From Leucoraja ocellata (lineage: Eukaryota), in the NCBI GenBank assembly GCA_036785375.1, contig JAWMAR010000074.1:7502001-7566000 (forward strand): a DNA stretch of 64,000 nucleotides, written 5' to 3'. Numbering within the stretch: position 1 is the stretch's first letter; every line of letters begins with the position of its first letter. Below, one piece after another: positions 37,932-51,385 of this stretch. Made by a program: the position numbers and the translations under genes. The notes beneath the pieces are model-generated. The model saw only the letters and a list, made by a program, of their open reading frames with translations, had not been told where the DNA came from and made no database searches.

Positions 37932-39639
37932 TGGTGGTGCAGGCTCGAAGGGCCGAATGGCCTACTCCTGCACCTATTGTCTATGATTCTATGTTTCTAT
38001 GCTTCTCAACCTTATTGCAGTTCCTTCATGATCTTGATCTGAGTACTGTAACCTCGTTCAACTCTTCAACCTATGAAATGTGTGGAACCCCTTCAAATCA
38101 GGCCTAAGCATCCTACATTTTGAATTGATCTCTTTGAGACGGTCATATTTTCAACAATATTCCTTAATATCTATTTCAAGGAGCAAAAAATAAACTGCGC
38201 AGCAACGCAACAGATCGAGCAGCATCTGTGTGTGGATTATTGCTGTTACCTGCATTAAACCCTGCATCAAGACATTGAGACTTTCCTCTTTATACCTGTT
38301 ATCTTCACTCATCTCTCTCAGTCCAAATGCAGGTTTTTTTTTATTGGAAGCAATTCTGTGTCAAGCAGCATCTTGACACAATAGGGTTGTGTTGTGTGCC
38401 AACCCTGGAGTTTCTCCAGCAATTTGAGGCTTTTTCTTGGTGCTCCAGATTCCAGTATGAGCATTTCCCCGTGTGTCTATTGGTTTTAAGAATCTTTTTT
38501 AAAAGGCAAACCTCCAAATGAATAGAATTAAGGACCTAGTTGCATATTTAACGTTAAGACCAACCCTCTGCTAGTTGACTTGGACTGCTGTTGGTGTGGT
38601 GCTTCCGCCAGTACAGGTTGTCATCTTACCGCCAGCTCTTGAAGTGTACTCTCAATTCCTTAATCTGCTACTCCCTTTGAGATCAATGATTTATCAGTTT
38701 GCGTGCCACTAAACAACATGCAGAAGGTTCACATAACCTGTGCTTTGTAGTGTTCTTCAACATAGCCAGAAAGATCGACTTTGTGTGTAATTATCAGTCA
38801 GGCTCTAGGGGAGGGGATTGGACTTTCACACCTTCTGCCCTGCTGTCAGACATGGAGTGCAAATTAAGAATAATTAGAGTTGAAAGAACAATTTAGCCAC
38901 TGTATGGATGAGTGTGTTAAATCAAAGCTTGGGCTGGCCTCATGCTTGTGAACTAGATTGCATTCCTTTCTCTACAGGGGGGCAATATCATGAGTGTAAC
39001 CGTAGCCCCACTGGGGAATCCCAAAGGAGTCATAGCTCTTTTAACGCACTGATCTTATAATATGCCTGCAACATCTCACTCTCAGTCTTCAGCTTACTAT
39101 TTGTCCGGGTGCTGCTAAAATGCTTTTGCAGCCTGTGCACAGGTCCAGTGGATTAAATTCATTTGCAGTCTTTAGATTTGGCACTTAAAAAATCCTTAAA
39201 CTAAGGTGACTCTGATGCCTCCCTTCAGAGAAAAAACATTGCAGGAAAATTACAAATTCCTTTTTAATTCTTTCTAATTGGTGAAAATATTTAAAAAATC
39301 AATGCACGTTTAAAACCAAGTTTGAACGGCCAAGCTCAAGATTCTAATCAGCAATGTGACATCAGGGCAAATTCTCCTGGGTTCCTGAATGAATCAGTTA
39401 ATGTGGGAACCATTCTGAAGGATAATAGTAACAAATTGCTCTTTAATTAATCATTAATTGCACCATTGTTTTTTTTTACACAGTAACACTGAGAGTAGGC
39501 CAATGCTATTACGGAAATCCAATTTGTTCATCACTGCTTGATTCATCAAAATCCAGACCTGCAGGGAAATAATATAAACATTGTGACTGCTGTTTGGTAA
39601 CAGGTTTTTAGTTGGATGCATGTAATACATTATATCAGT

Positions 39640-39782
39640 GTCAGCTGTTGCACGGTAGGTAGCATTCTGCCTGGGAGGATTTTGGGTTCAGGTGCTGCAA
39701 GTAAGATTTGAACACAATATCCAAGCTGACAATTTAATGAGGGAGTGCTGCATTGTTCGACCTGACATCTTGCCGATAAGAT
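39640..39782 (+). mobile_element. Ancient Deu-domain SINE (SacSINE1/AmnSINE-like) 5' fragment
   Basis: gatttgaacaca..aagctgaca..tgagggagtgctgcattgt resembles the Deu domain as I recall it. Confidence 0.6.
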
Positions 39783-39784
39783 CA

Positions 39785-40030
39785 TCAGAGCAGTATTGGG
39801 CCATTCGCCTCATCAAGTATGCTCTACCATTCTATCATGGCTGATCTATTTTTCCCTCTCAACTGCTTTCTCCTGTCTTCTCCCGTAACCTTTGACTCCC
39901 TTACCAATCAAGAACCAGCAATCTTCGCTTTGAAAATATTCAATTTTTTGACCTCCACAGCCGTCTATGGCAATGAGTTCCACAGATTCATCACCCTCTG
40001 GCTAAAGAAATTCCTCCTGCTCTCCATTTC
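39785..40030 (-). mobile_element. CR1 3' fragment
   Basis: ggccattcgcc, catggctgatc, gagttccacagattcatcaccctctgg. Confidence 0.75.
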
Positions 40031-40274
40031 AAGACATTGAACAAAAGATCAGATTAGACTTGCAGATGTATTAAAATACCATGGTATTATTTTTGAAGAC
40101 ATTCAAGGTCATTATTACTGTGTAGTTGTTAAATGGAATTGTCCATAAATGTATAGTGCATATTCTATAGATTGTTACTCTCAACTCTTAGCAGAACAGA
40201 TGGCTTGTGCTCAAAGATAACTGAACACAAGATAAATGTCATTCTAGCTCTTGTCCCACTCATCTCCCCCACAT

Positions 40275-40930
40275 CTTTCTACACTGATGCAATTATAAAG
40301 AAAGTCCTTCAATGCATCTACTTCCTGAGAAGATTGCGGAGATTCGGTATGTCAGAAAGGATTCTCTTGAACTTCTACAGGTGTATAGTAGTGACCGTAT
40401 TGACTGGTTGCATCACGGCTTGGTTCGGCAACTTGAATGCCCAGGAGCGAAGAAGACTGCAAAAAATTATGCCCATCACTAGCTCTGATTTCCCCACCAT
40501 CAAAGGGATGTACAGGAATTGCTACCACAAAAATGCAGCCAGCATCATCACAGACCCACACCATCCTGGCCACACACTCATTTCACCCCTGGGAAAGAGA
40601 TACAGGTGCCTGAAAACTTTAACTCCAAGGTTTAGGAACAGCTTTTTTCCTACAGCCGTCAGGCTATAAAACACTAGAACATCCAATAAACTCTGAACTA
40701 CTTAGACTATTATTATTATTGCACTATTATTTATTTGTTCTAATGTGTACCTGTGCATATGTATGTATATTTATATGTGTTTGTGAGTGTATATATAAAT
40801 GTTCAGGGTGTATATACATTCTGAACATTTTTTTTTCTTGTTTATTATATTGTTTATTGTGTACTGTGTTTATATATTCTGTTGTGCTGCTGTAAGTTAG
40901 AATTTCATTATTCTATCTGGGACTATTGAT
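40275..40930 (+). mobile_element. Rex1/Babar-type LINE 3' fragment with 3' UTR
   Basis: YFLRRLRRFGM, NFYRCIV, DPHHPGH, RFRNSFFPTAVRL; tail aataaaacactcttgactc. Confidence 0.88.
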
Positions 40931-41930
40931 AATAAAACACTCTTGACTCCTCTGTACTCTGGATGAACGGGAGTGACCCAAATGTTGTGCATTTTCAAAC
41001 AGAGATACTGCTTGACCTGCTCAGTTACTCTGGCAACTCCACAAAATTTGTTCCAATTTCCAGCCTCTGTCAGCTGCGATAAACAGAGAATCACAATAAA
41101 AATAGAAATAAATGTCATCTGTGCTGTCCTGGTTCTTTGATGTGAAAGCTTCACGATGTAATCGGAGAGGTTTTGTGAGGATTCTAAAATTCAGGTCTTT
41201 GTGTGCTTGGGGCTGACCACTAAACTGGACTAGACGACCCCATCCAGGGTAGAACAGATTACCAATAAACAAATGTTTTATTATTTTTTCCTTTTCCCCC
41301 GAGATTTAACATATTTCAATACTATTTAGTAAAGATCAGAGCTGAACAATAAGCATAAATTGTTCTTGTAACTTAATCCACATATAGAATTTTGAACTGT
41401 TGTCAAGCATCTATTTTTGAATGATCCATAGCATATCTGATATTTAGATACAATAGTGCTGTTTAAGATCTTTTTGGATAGGAATATGGGTCTGCAGGGG
41501 ATGGAGGGATCTGGGTCATGTGCAAGCAGATGAGTTGGTTTGCTTTATGTTTGGCACAGACATTTTGCAAGCTGAAAGGCCTGTTCTTATACTCTATTCA
41601 ATGTTCCATGTCCAGTCCATGTCCAAAAAAACGATGGTAGATTAGATTCTCCTTGTTGTAAATGTGTGAGATTTATTTAGGTGGCAAATATACCAGTGAG
41701 CAATTATAAACCAACTGTGGCTTTCCCATTTTAGATACAATTGGGGGTGATAGCCTGTGGAGGTCAAATAGTAACAACAGCCAGGACAATGGCACTGGGT
41801 CTGTTGAACAGCAGGGTAGGTGAGTCCTAGCAATAGGGGATTCAATAGACAGGGCGAGACACTAGTTTCTGTATGGAGAGTAATTTAAGATCAGCTGTTA
41901 TTGAGTAAATCCACATTGGCTATGTGGGAG

Positions 41931-42060
41931 GTTACACAAAAAAGCTGGAGAAACTCAGCGGGTGCAGAAGCATCTATGGAGCGAAGGAAATAGGCAACGT
42001 TTCGGGCCGAAACCCTTCTTCAGACAAAACCCTTCTCCAGCATCTGCAGTTCCCTCTTAA
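41931..42060 (-). mobile_element. 130-bp Penelope-derived mini-element with hammerhead motif and 18-bp TSD
   Basis: ACATTGGCTATGTGGGAG at 41913-41930 and 42061-42078; insert is an antisense terminal repeat plus a sense terminal tip. Confidence 0.9.
41996..42023 (-). ncRNA. Minimal hammerhead ribozyme motif
   Basis: Minus strand CTGAAGA-A-GGGT(TTCG)GCCC-GAAA-C-GTT with palindromic AACGTT at helix III. Confidence 0.72.
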
Positions 42061-42384
42061 ACATTGGCTATGTGGGAGTTGTTTTAAGATCATCTTATTG
42101 AGTTCAGAGCTAGCGTGTTCAGTAAGGAGGAGGGATAAAGATGGCAGGGTGAGTGGATCTTGAATTCTAAATTTGATTTAAAAAGATAAAAGAAGCATTG
42201 GCAAGCATTAGAATTCCTGTTTCAGGGACAGTTTCTTCCCAGCTGTTATCAGGCAACTCAATCACAACAAGAGAGCAGTCTTGAATTACTATGTACCCCA
42301 TTGGTGACCCCGGACTATCTTCGATTGGACTTTCCTGGCTTTAACTTGCACTAAATGTTATTCCCATCAGCATTAGAAAAGCTA

Positions 42385-44185
42385 TTGGAGAGAATGCCTT
42401 GGGATAGGCGGTGTTAATTAGGGACAGATGCCATCGTTTTGTCCACAGCAGGTCATATCTTACCAACTGCTTTGAATGTTTAACGTATGTGATAAAGGTG
42501 ATTTTTGAGGGTGCACAAGGGATAGGAGCAGAATTAGGCCATTCGGCCCATCATCTATGCCATTCAATCATGACTGATACATCTCTCCCTCCTAACCCAA
42601 TTCTTCTGCCTTTTCCCCATGACCCCTGACATCCATACTAATCAAGAATCTATCTATAAACATATCCATTGACTTGTTCTCCACAGACTTCTGTGGCAAA
42701 GAATTCCACTGGTTGGAAAATGCATGCTCTTTACATGGAACTTGGTAAGGCATTAATAAAGTGTCTCAATGTAGGCTGATCTAGAAAATTAAGATGCATG
42801 TAATCCACAATTACTTGATAGTTTGGATTCAGACCTGGTTTATCTGAAGAAGCCAAAGGTTGGTGGTGGAAGGGTGTTATTCTGGCTGGACGTCCATAAC
42901 TAGTGGTATTCTGCAGGAGTCAGTGCTGAATGGTGTTTGTGATGTATATAGATAACTTGGCCATGAATGTAGATGAGTTGCTTAGTAAGTTTAATGACAA
43001 TGCCAACATTTGTGATGTTATGGAGAGTGAGGGAGGCTCCCAATTCCAGATATGGGTGAAGTTGTTCCAGATATGGGTGGAGAAATGGCACACAGACATT
43101 AATATTAGCAAGTAGAGCTTGTTGCCCTTTGGGAGTATGAATGTTAGTGGAAAGTATACAGTTAATGGCAAGAAGCTAACAGCATTGACATATGGAGGGA
43201 TCTTAGGGTAGAAACCTACAACTCCCTGAAAGTGGAAACACAAGATAGTGGGAAAGACAAAGTATGTAACGGTATATTTTCAGAAGTCAAGGAATTGAGT
43301 CTAAGAGTCATGAAGTCATGTTGCGGCACTATAGGACTTTAGCTAGGCTGCACATCGGGTGTTGTGTGCAGTACTGATCATCACATTACAAAAAGGATAT
43401 AATTATTTTGAAGAGAGTGCAGAAAAGTTTGATCAGAATGTTGCTTGGAAGAGAGAGTATTTGTTGCAGGGATAGGTTGGACAGACTTGGATAGTTTTCT
43501 CTGGAATGCTGGTGGTTGAGTGAAGGCATGATCAAAATATGTAAAATTATGAGAGACCTTGGTTATGTCTGCTAACCCTAGCTATTTCCCAGGATGGAAA
43601 TATCAAATACCAGAGAGCATAGCTTTAAGATGAAAGGAGCAAAGTTTAACGAATATGTGTGTGGTAAGTTAATTTTACACTGAGTGGTGGTGGTGGAAGC
43701 ATATACACTAGTGGCATTTAAGATGCATTTTAGATAGGCACATTAATATGGAGAGATACAGTCAACGTGCAGGCAGAGGAGATTAACTTGGCATCACAGT
43801 GACACAGCAGTAGAGTTGCTGCCTTCCAGCACCAGAGACCCAGCTTCAATCCTGACTACAGGTGCTGTCTTTACGGAATGTGTGCGTTCTTCCCGTGACC
43901 TGCGTGGGTTTTCTCTGGGTCGTCCGGTTCCCTCCCACACTCCAAAGACGTACAGGTATGATGGTTAATTGGCTTTGGTAAAACAAAATTGAAAATTGTA
44001 CAGTGCGATACATTGTATATATTATGTAGGACAGTGTTAGCGCATTGGGTTATCGCTTGTCGGAGCAGACTCGTGGGCCTGTTTTCGCCCTGTATCTGTA
44101 AACTAAAGTAAAACTCAATCATATTCATCACAGACATTGTTGGTCAAAGGGCCTGTTCCTGTGCTGTACTGTTCCATGTCTGTAT
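42385..44185 (+). mobile_element. Old degraded CR1 with nested short repeats
   Basis: RSYLTN, YIDNL..SKFNDNANI, 3' end ggtcaaagggcctgttcctgtgctgtac. Confidence 0.8.
43795..44113 (+). mobile_element. HE1/V-SINE nested in the CR1 3' UTR
   Basis: cagcagtagagttgctgcc..ccagagaccc..gttcttcccgtgacctgcgtgggttttctc..cctcccacactccaaagacg. Confidence 0.88.
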
Positions 44186-45842
44186 GGTCTATGTATATAA
44201 AGATGTACAACAGAAGACTGCTGCCGGAAACTAGTATGGAGTGAAACAACATGTTACTTTGGTATGGAATATCACATGGTCATGGCCTTAAACTGATGAT
44301 TACCACCTTGTAGCATCTACAAGGCAGTAATAGCTTTTTTTAAAATACTTATCAGAAGATTTTAAAAACACGATGTCTCAGAAATTGTTTTGCTCCCTTT
44401 AATCCTTGTTATATATGGCTATGAGTATTTTGCCCATGCGTAAATTGCTGCAAACTTTAGCTGAGGTTAAGGCCTTCAGCCATACTGCATGCCTGTTACT
44501 TACTTTCCCCGCATACTGCAAACCATGTGAAAGAAAAGATGATAAGTGGAAAGACTTCTGGAGTTTGTAAGTGCAGTCAGGCCTTGGGAAGGTGTATAGT
44601 GTGTGTACCTTGTTGTGGTTAAAAGGAAATCAAGGCCTTGAATGGGAAGATGGCAGTCTCCAGAATTTGGTCCGTCTGGGAAGAACACGGTTTGAGAATT
44701 CATGGGATTGGCGATAAAATTCAGTGATTCACAACCTGGGGGAATTGAGATTAGTGGTGAAGCTTTGGGACTGTGGGAAAAGGGGTGCCCAAAAGGAAGG
44801 TGAAAAATAACACCTCTTGGTTTAGTGGGATCCTGGTCCCTAGCAAAATTGATTTGTCTACAGAGTACCCAACGACAAATTCTTGTGGGCCAAAGCAGAT
44901 TAATTCTCCAGGGAAATGTATCATTTGCTTCAAGTTTGATACGGACATTATGTTAGATGTCCAAGTATGAATCTTGACCAGAAATATCCAGTTGAATTTC
45001 TGGATTGCTGTGATTTGACCTGGAAATGGTCCACACTCCTATTTAAAAAAAAATAAAGTTGATTATAGACATATAATGTTTGGAAAGGAAACAGCTGTGT
45101 ATCTGAATTTCTAGATGTGGATGTCAGGTAAATGAAAAATCTCACTGAATGTAAATGATACAGAAATGAAAGTATTTGCTTACATTTCCCTGCTGCCATT
45201 CTTTCAAGCTGCTGAAAGATTTTTGTTTGCATATGTATCTCTTGAGGAAATGCACTCCTTGATTACATAAACAGAAAATATTTTACCTGCTCATGTGCAT
45301 CATCTTGAATTCTCCTCTCGAACGTCTCATTTGTTCCAATGGTTCTGGGACTTGAGCTTCATGCCACCTTCAAGCTTTGTTCAAGGCTTTGATCTGCGGT
45401 AATGCCTGCCATGACCAAAAAGAAGTGCAGTGACTTATGAGCTTGGGGTGAAGAGACATTTTCCTTACAGCTTGGCATGTAATTTGCTGAACAAACCTTG
45501 TTGCGCGGCTATTAGTGCAGGAGCAGTGTCAGTTTCATGTTCGGAATGAGGTGAGGCAAATCCAGCAAGCTGCAGTATATTCACTAAATTAACCCGGTCA
45601 CACTTAAAGAACGCATTTATTTCTCTCCTGCTATTTGAATATTTTCGTCCTTTACCAGGAGTGAATCGCTCCTTGAAGTCTTAAATCTGGAGTGTATATC
45701 ACTGCCTGACTTTTAAAAACTATTTTAGATGCACAAGGTAATTTTTTTTTTAAACAAAGCAAGTCAGTTCTTTTGGATGGCAGAGGGCATTGAATTTACT
45801 CCACAATTTGTTGCTGATTGCCAATAAGCTGTTCATTTGCTA

Positions 45843-46684
45843 TTAGATTAGAATTAGATCCTTTATTTGTCATTCAGGCCTTACGGTCTGTACGAAATGT
45901 CGTTACCTGCAGCCATACTTACAATAATAAACAACAGAACAGACAGTAAACACAAATTAACATCCATTACAGTGAGTCCACCAAGCACCTCTTTACAGTG
46001 ATGGAGGCAAAAATCTTAGGGCTGCTGTCTCTTCCCTCCTTTTCTCCCTCTGCGCTGAGGCGATACCCCACCGGGCGATGGTAAGTCAGCCCGAAGCTGC
46101 CGCCCTCCAGTCCAGCGGACGCAGCTGTTGACGATGTCGTCCACTGGCCCGCGGCCAAACCCCGGGCTCAGGCCGCTGCCGCCAGAACGCCGTCTCAGCC
46201 ACCGGAGCACCGTTCCAGCCCCGAGCCGAGTCGCCCTCACGTGAGTGCCGTTCCACCCTCGAGCCAGGCCGCCCTCACGGGAGCGCCGTTACCCTCGAGC
46301 CGGACCGCCCTCACGGGAGCGTCTCAGCCCCTTGCGGGAGCACCGTTCCAGCCCCGAGCCAGGCCGCCCTCACGGGAGCGAGCCCAGGGCGAGTCCTGAC
46401 AGGCTCTGCCTCCGGAGCCTCGAGGTCGCCAACTCCGCCATTAGTCCTCAGCGCAGACGGAGGCAAAGAAGGGGGATACGACACGAAAGTCGCATTCCCC
46501 CGAAGTGAGAGACAGCAAGCCCTGTTTTAACCCCCCACCCCCCCCCCCCCCCCACCCCACACACATAACACAAACCTAAAAACCAAAAACTTGACTAAAC
46601 AAGACGAAAAAAACAACACAAAAAAGTAAAAAACAAACGGACTGCAGGCGAGCCGCAGCCATTCACCAGCGCCGCCACTTCCGG
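45843..46684 (-). mobile_element. Non-coding CpG-rich retroelement: LINE-like 5' UTR joined to a Rex/Babar-like 3' tail
   Basis: Minus strand starts CCGGAAGTGGCGGCGC, then a T-rich tract, GC-rich internal repeats (46200-46380), and ends tttcgt..aatgacaaataaag plus (TCTAA)n. Confidence 0.7.
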
Positions 46685-46779
46685 AAATAGAATATTTATT
46701 ATTATATTGAGACTATTATTTGAATATTGGCCCCATTGCCATACTCTTAAAGTAAACATATGTAAATATCATACTTTTG

Positions 46780-47110
46780 CAACCATTGGATCTCACAAAG
46801 AGCATTTTAACAAATTATGGGGTAAGGCACTTGTCAGCCAATTTAAACACAGTAATCTCCCACAAACAGAAATGTTATAATGATGAATAATTTCTATTTT
46901 AGTTAAGTTAACTGAAATTAAACAGATGATTTGCTTCTTAGTGCTGTAGGATTTTTCAAGAACACTGAGAGATTAGACAGGGTCTCATTTAATATGAATC
47001 TCTTCATGTGTACACTGGAGTGATAGATCAGATTATCTACATATTAAATTGCTAGAATGGAATTTGAAGGCAGAGTGTGAAAGACTGGAGGTGTGAACTA
47101 ACAGCTCCGC
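46780..47110 (-). mobile_element. Ancient Deu-domain SINE remnant
   Basis: cagccaatt..cacag..ctcccacaaacag..aatg, gggtctcatttaa, tacactggagtg resemble the antisense SacSINE1-type sequence as I recall it. Confidence 0.5.
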
Positions 47111-49439
47111 AATGAATGAAATCCTTCATTATGCTTTTTCAAAACTTTTGCTTGCTCGACTCCTTCAACCCCACAACCACACACTGCATTCTTTACTGCC
47201 AATATTTCTTTACACAGGTTTGTCGATATATTAATAGCTGAATTGAAAATAATTGAGTTGACATTCTTAGAATCTAGCTGAACGTATCTTAAATTAACGG
47301 TACGCAGCAGTGCTTACTTTATAAAAGCACAATTTTTTGTTTACATTTCTATGAAGCACGCTATGATCAATATTAAAGCTATTATACTAATTTATATTTG
47401 CTCAAAAGAATTGCAATCTTGCTTTTTTGAATATTGCACATAGAAAATGTAACAATATTTTTGTAATTTATTTCTATTATTTTTGTAAACAAAACATTTC
47501 ATTTAGTTGCTGTTAACTACTGTAGATAAGATAAATACCAATATTGATACTTCATCTATGATGAAAGACTGGATGGCAATGTGCGTGTTATAATTTTTTA
47601 CAATTTAGTGCAAAAAATTCAAATTTGACATTGCTATCGGTTTCAGAGGGATAATGAAAATCAAATTGAAAAATGTTCCCAAGAAATCCAGAATTTGTTG
47701 CCAGCAGAGAGCAGTGCACACTCATAACTGATCTACTTGATAAGTACATCCTTGTTTTTTGGGGGCCCACTAGTGTCATCTTGTTAAGTGTTGATCAGTA
47801 GTCAGGGCTGAGACTCTGCACACAGGGCCTTGCAAGGGCACAATGCCATACATGTTTGTAGCAGGACAAGCCCCAGCTATGGCAAATTGATATCCCCGCT
47901 GTTAAGCCCACACATGCTAAATATTACTGACACCAAAATATGAAACATTAAAATCTTCAAAATCTATTAAAATAATGTAATAATATTTCCAGTGAGATTG
48001 TAAAAAAAAAACTGTAACAAAAAACTAATAGAGACATTATGTGTGAGATCTGCAACAACAAATAACAACTTGTTATTGAGTTGCAATTGTGTAGGTTTTG
48101 TGCAACAATATATCCAAAGTTCATATAACCCATACACAATGCACTATCAAAAAAAATGTGTAAATCAAGTTTTCATTAGCTTTGGTGAAAGTTAATATAA
48201 GAGCTAATGTCCTAGCTTCTCACAAAAAATGAGATTGGACATTTGATTTTGCCTCGTTGAAAATCTATTGTGCTTTCTACTAATTTCTGAACTGTATTTA
48301 GTGACTTTTTGAACATGAAGGGGTTCATTGGACACTCTGACCAAAATGGAATGTTCATGTGCTAAATTAGTTGGGCAATGTTTGCCTCTTTGTTTGAGCT
48401 TCATTGAAATAGCACATGTTGTGCATCACTGTATTGACAAATGTACCATTGCACTCTTTAGACCCTGGTGTTAAATCACTTACTATATCTCTCCAGAGAT
48501 CTCGACAGCAGTTTGGCAATGATTTATTTTTAATGGTTAACTCAGTTATCACACATTTTACACCTATGTCCTCTCCCAGAATTATAATGATTATTATAAT
48601 ACGTCATTTCACACTTTGAAAGTACGTTCATTTTGCTGAAGATTCATATCTCTTAAAGGTGCACTCAGTGGCGAGAACACAATTAACCTGGTTGCTATGT
48701 ATTTAAATGTTGGGGAAGCAGAGCGTTATTCTGGTAGTATAACAAAAGTTCTCAATGTTATGAAGAATGGTGTTATGTTTACATTTGTCATTGCATTTAC
48801 TCTATGGATCAATAAATCAGTTAACCTGATTCCCAACACAATGAGCTGGTTTGTGTTTCATTGCGGGTTATGGTTCCATAGGGAACTACTGACCATCCAG
48901 TCAATAGTGTTCAGCACAGCTTTGATTTCCATGTCTGCGCACAGTGAAAGAAGATGCACTGTAGATCACCACTGATCGATCACTGCATCCTTCAACATCT
49001 CCTCAATGTCCTGGTTAGGGGACCATCTGTCGTCTTCAAAATATATTTATTTGTTCTTGATTTTTCTTTATTTCACTGTGTATCTGTTTTTAATTGACAA
49101 AACTGTGGCATTTTTGACTCAATGTATCGTTTTTTAATTACTTAATTAAAATCAATTCCTACTGTTTGAAAATGTAACCGAATGTTAGGAGCTAGACACT
49201 TTTGACAGTGGTGAGGTATTCAATGCCAAGGTATAAAGTGAAATTAAGGTACATCAGGATTGGCTTGGTGGTGGAGGTAGGAACTTTGGGTTATGTCACC
49301 TGAAGCCTGATTGCCACTGGTGGCCCACTCCACCACCCAGGGGAACGTGAGTATCAACATCTATCACAACCATCTCACTGCTGCTCCAGGCATTGGATGT
49401 GTTTGCAAATAGCATACGGGCCGAATCAGGAAAACAGAT

Positions 49440-49740
49440 TCATTTGATCACGAGTCATCACTCTTTTCCAAGAATCTGTGGTGAATCGGTAGAATTTATT
49501 GCCACATTCGGCTGTGGAGGCAAAGTCAATGGATATTTTCAAGGTGGAGATTGACAGATTCTTGATTAGCAGGAGTGTCAGGGGTTATGGGGAGAAGGCA
49601 GGAGAATTGGTTTGAGAGAGAAAGATAGATCAGCCATGATTGAATGGCGGAATAGACTTGATGGGCAAAATTCATGTATTCTTGTAGTAGAATTAGGCCA
49701 ATCAGTCCATCAAGTCTACTCCACCATTCAATGGTCTAAT
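49440..49740 (+). repeat. CR1 3' fragments
   Basis: gtggtgaat, ggctgtggaggc, ttatggggagaaggcagg, gatcagccatgattgaatggcgg. Confidence 0.75.
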
Positions 49741-51196
49741 TTTGCTCCTTTAACATGAAAACTGCTCATTTCTCATATGAAATCTTTGTGAAGTCTCCTC
49801 AGTCAGAAATTGGTTACAGAACAAAGCTGGATTATGCTTGGTAGAACTTGCATTTAGGAAACTGCATGGGCTGTCAGAGGTTCTAAAATATAAATCTATG
49901 TTGCAAAGGCAAAAGTATGGAATATTTTTGAAATACTTGAAATCTGGCTTTAGATTTATGAACAACCTACTTTTCCTGTTATATGGTAAATAAAGCAAGA
50001 AAAGCTAAATGTCGAAATTAGACCAGAACTCATCCCAGGTGTAAAGTTTGGACAATAAGTTGTTGAGGCCAGGATCTGATTTAATCATAACTATTTTAAA
50101 TGATCTAGCAAACTTGAAGGATCATATGTCTCCTCTTGCACCTATTTCAATGTTGTTCGTTTCTCAGCACTCGTTAAGGCTGTCATCATTCTGAATATTA
50201 TAGTTCTTCCTACTATTGTTACATTGGTTATCAGCTACAGCCCATCTCCAGGTTATAAATGCCTGACTTATGGACACCGCTACATACCAATGAGCTCTCA
50301 TAGTATTAAGTTACAAATTCCAATACACATACATACTTTTCGTTCCGGCGAATGGCCAAACTAATGTCCTCCCCCTCTTCACTTTTTAGTACCTTTTCTT
50401 TCGTAATTGTTTTGCATGCTTTTTCTGCATTCATTACAATACTGTGGTAGTATATTTACCATGTTAAATGATTTTATTTATTTTCTGATTTCCAGTCAAA
50501 ATTTACTTGTGGACGTCTGTAAAAACAAACCGTTCATTACTCAGAGATGGCCTGCATTGTCCGGAGTGACCAGTGATAGCAAGGAGCACCATTTTAAGAT
50601 TGATTCTGTTGTCCAGATATTGATGTTTATAGAATGGAAGACTCCTTTTCCCTAAAATAAGTGGAGATATTGACTTTATGTCACTTTACCTCCTTCTGTC
50701 AAATGGCAACCTTCCCTCCATTAATCTGGTAGAGAACTTCCTGTTTCAATGCAATCTAGCTCTACTTTCAATACAATGAATAACAAAACTTGCCCCTCAA
50801 TCCTATGGAAAATCCTCTATATCTCAATCCATTTGTTATCCCTCACTCTCTTGCTTTCTGCTATCTATTCCTCACGTTATTTTATACACATCTATAAAAT
50901 CACCCCTCAGCCTCCAGCGCTCCAAGGAATAATGTCCTGGCCCGCCCAAACTTTCCATACAGCTCAAGCCCTTGGGTCCTGCCAATACTCCTAATACATA
51001 GCAATAAATAATACTTTGATACATCAGTGCAAATAACTGTTTGAAAAATTCAGTTATTTCTTAATTTAAGTTCTTAATTCTTAAATTATTTCTTCAGTGC
51101 AAAATAGAACTCTATAACACCAGTCCCCATTACAATGCAAGTCCCATTCCCCAAGGTTACTATGACTCCTTGACAATTAACCAAGAAGGAAACCCA

Positions 51197-51385
51197 AGAA
51201 GGAGACACAAAGAACTGCAGATGATGGAATCTTGAGTAAAAACCAAAGTGCTAGAGTAACTCAGCGGGTCAGGCAGCATCTCTGGAAACCATGGGTATGC
51301 GAGGTTTTGGGTTGGGATCCTTCTTCAAACAGGTCACCTATCCATGTCTTCCAAAGTTGAGTTACCCCAACACTTTGTGTTTTGC
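51197..51385 (-). repeat. Penelope-derived partly palindromic repeat with decayed hammerhead
   Basis: gaactgcagatg..gagtaactcagcgggtcaggcagcatctctgg..ccttcttca followed by inverted tgagttaccccaacactttgtg. Confidence 0.75.

Larger units (their letters stand above)
33413..38000 (+). mobile_element. CR1 3' fragment split by the antisense full-length CR1 (pieces 33413-33564 and 37931-38000)
   Basis: ..gatcagccatgatcatattgaa | tggtggtgcaggctcgaagggccgaatggcc.. rejoin into the CR1 3' UTR. Confidence 0.9.
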
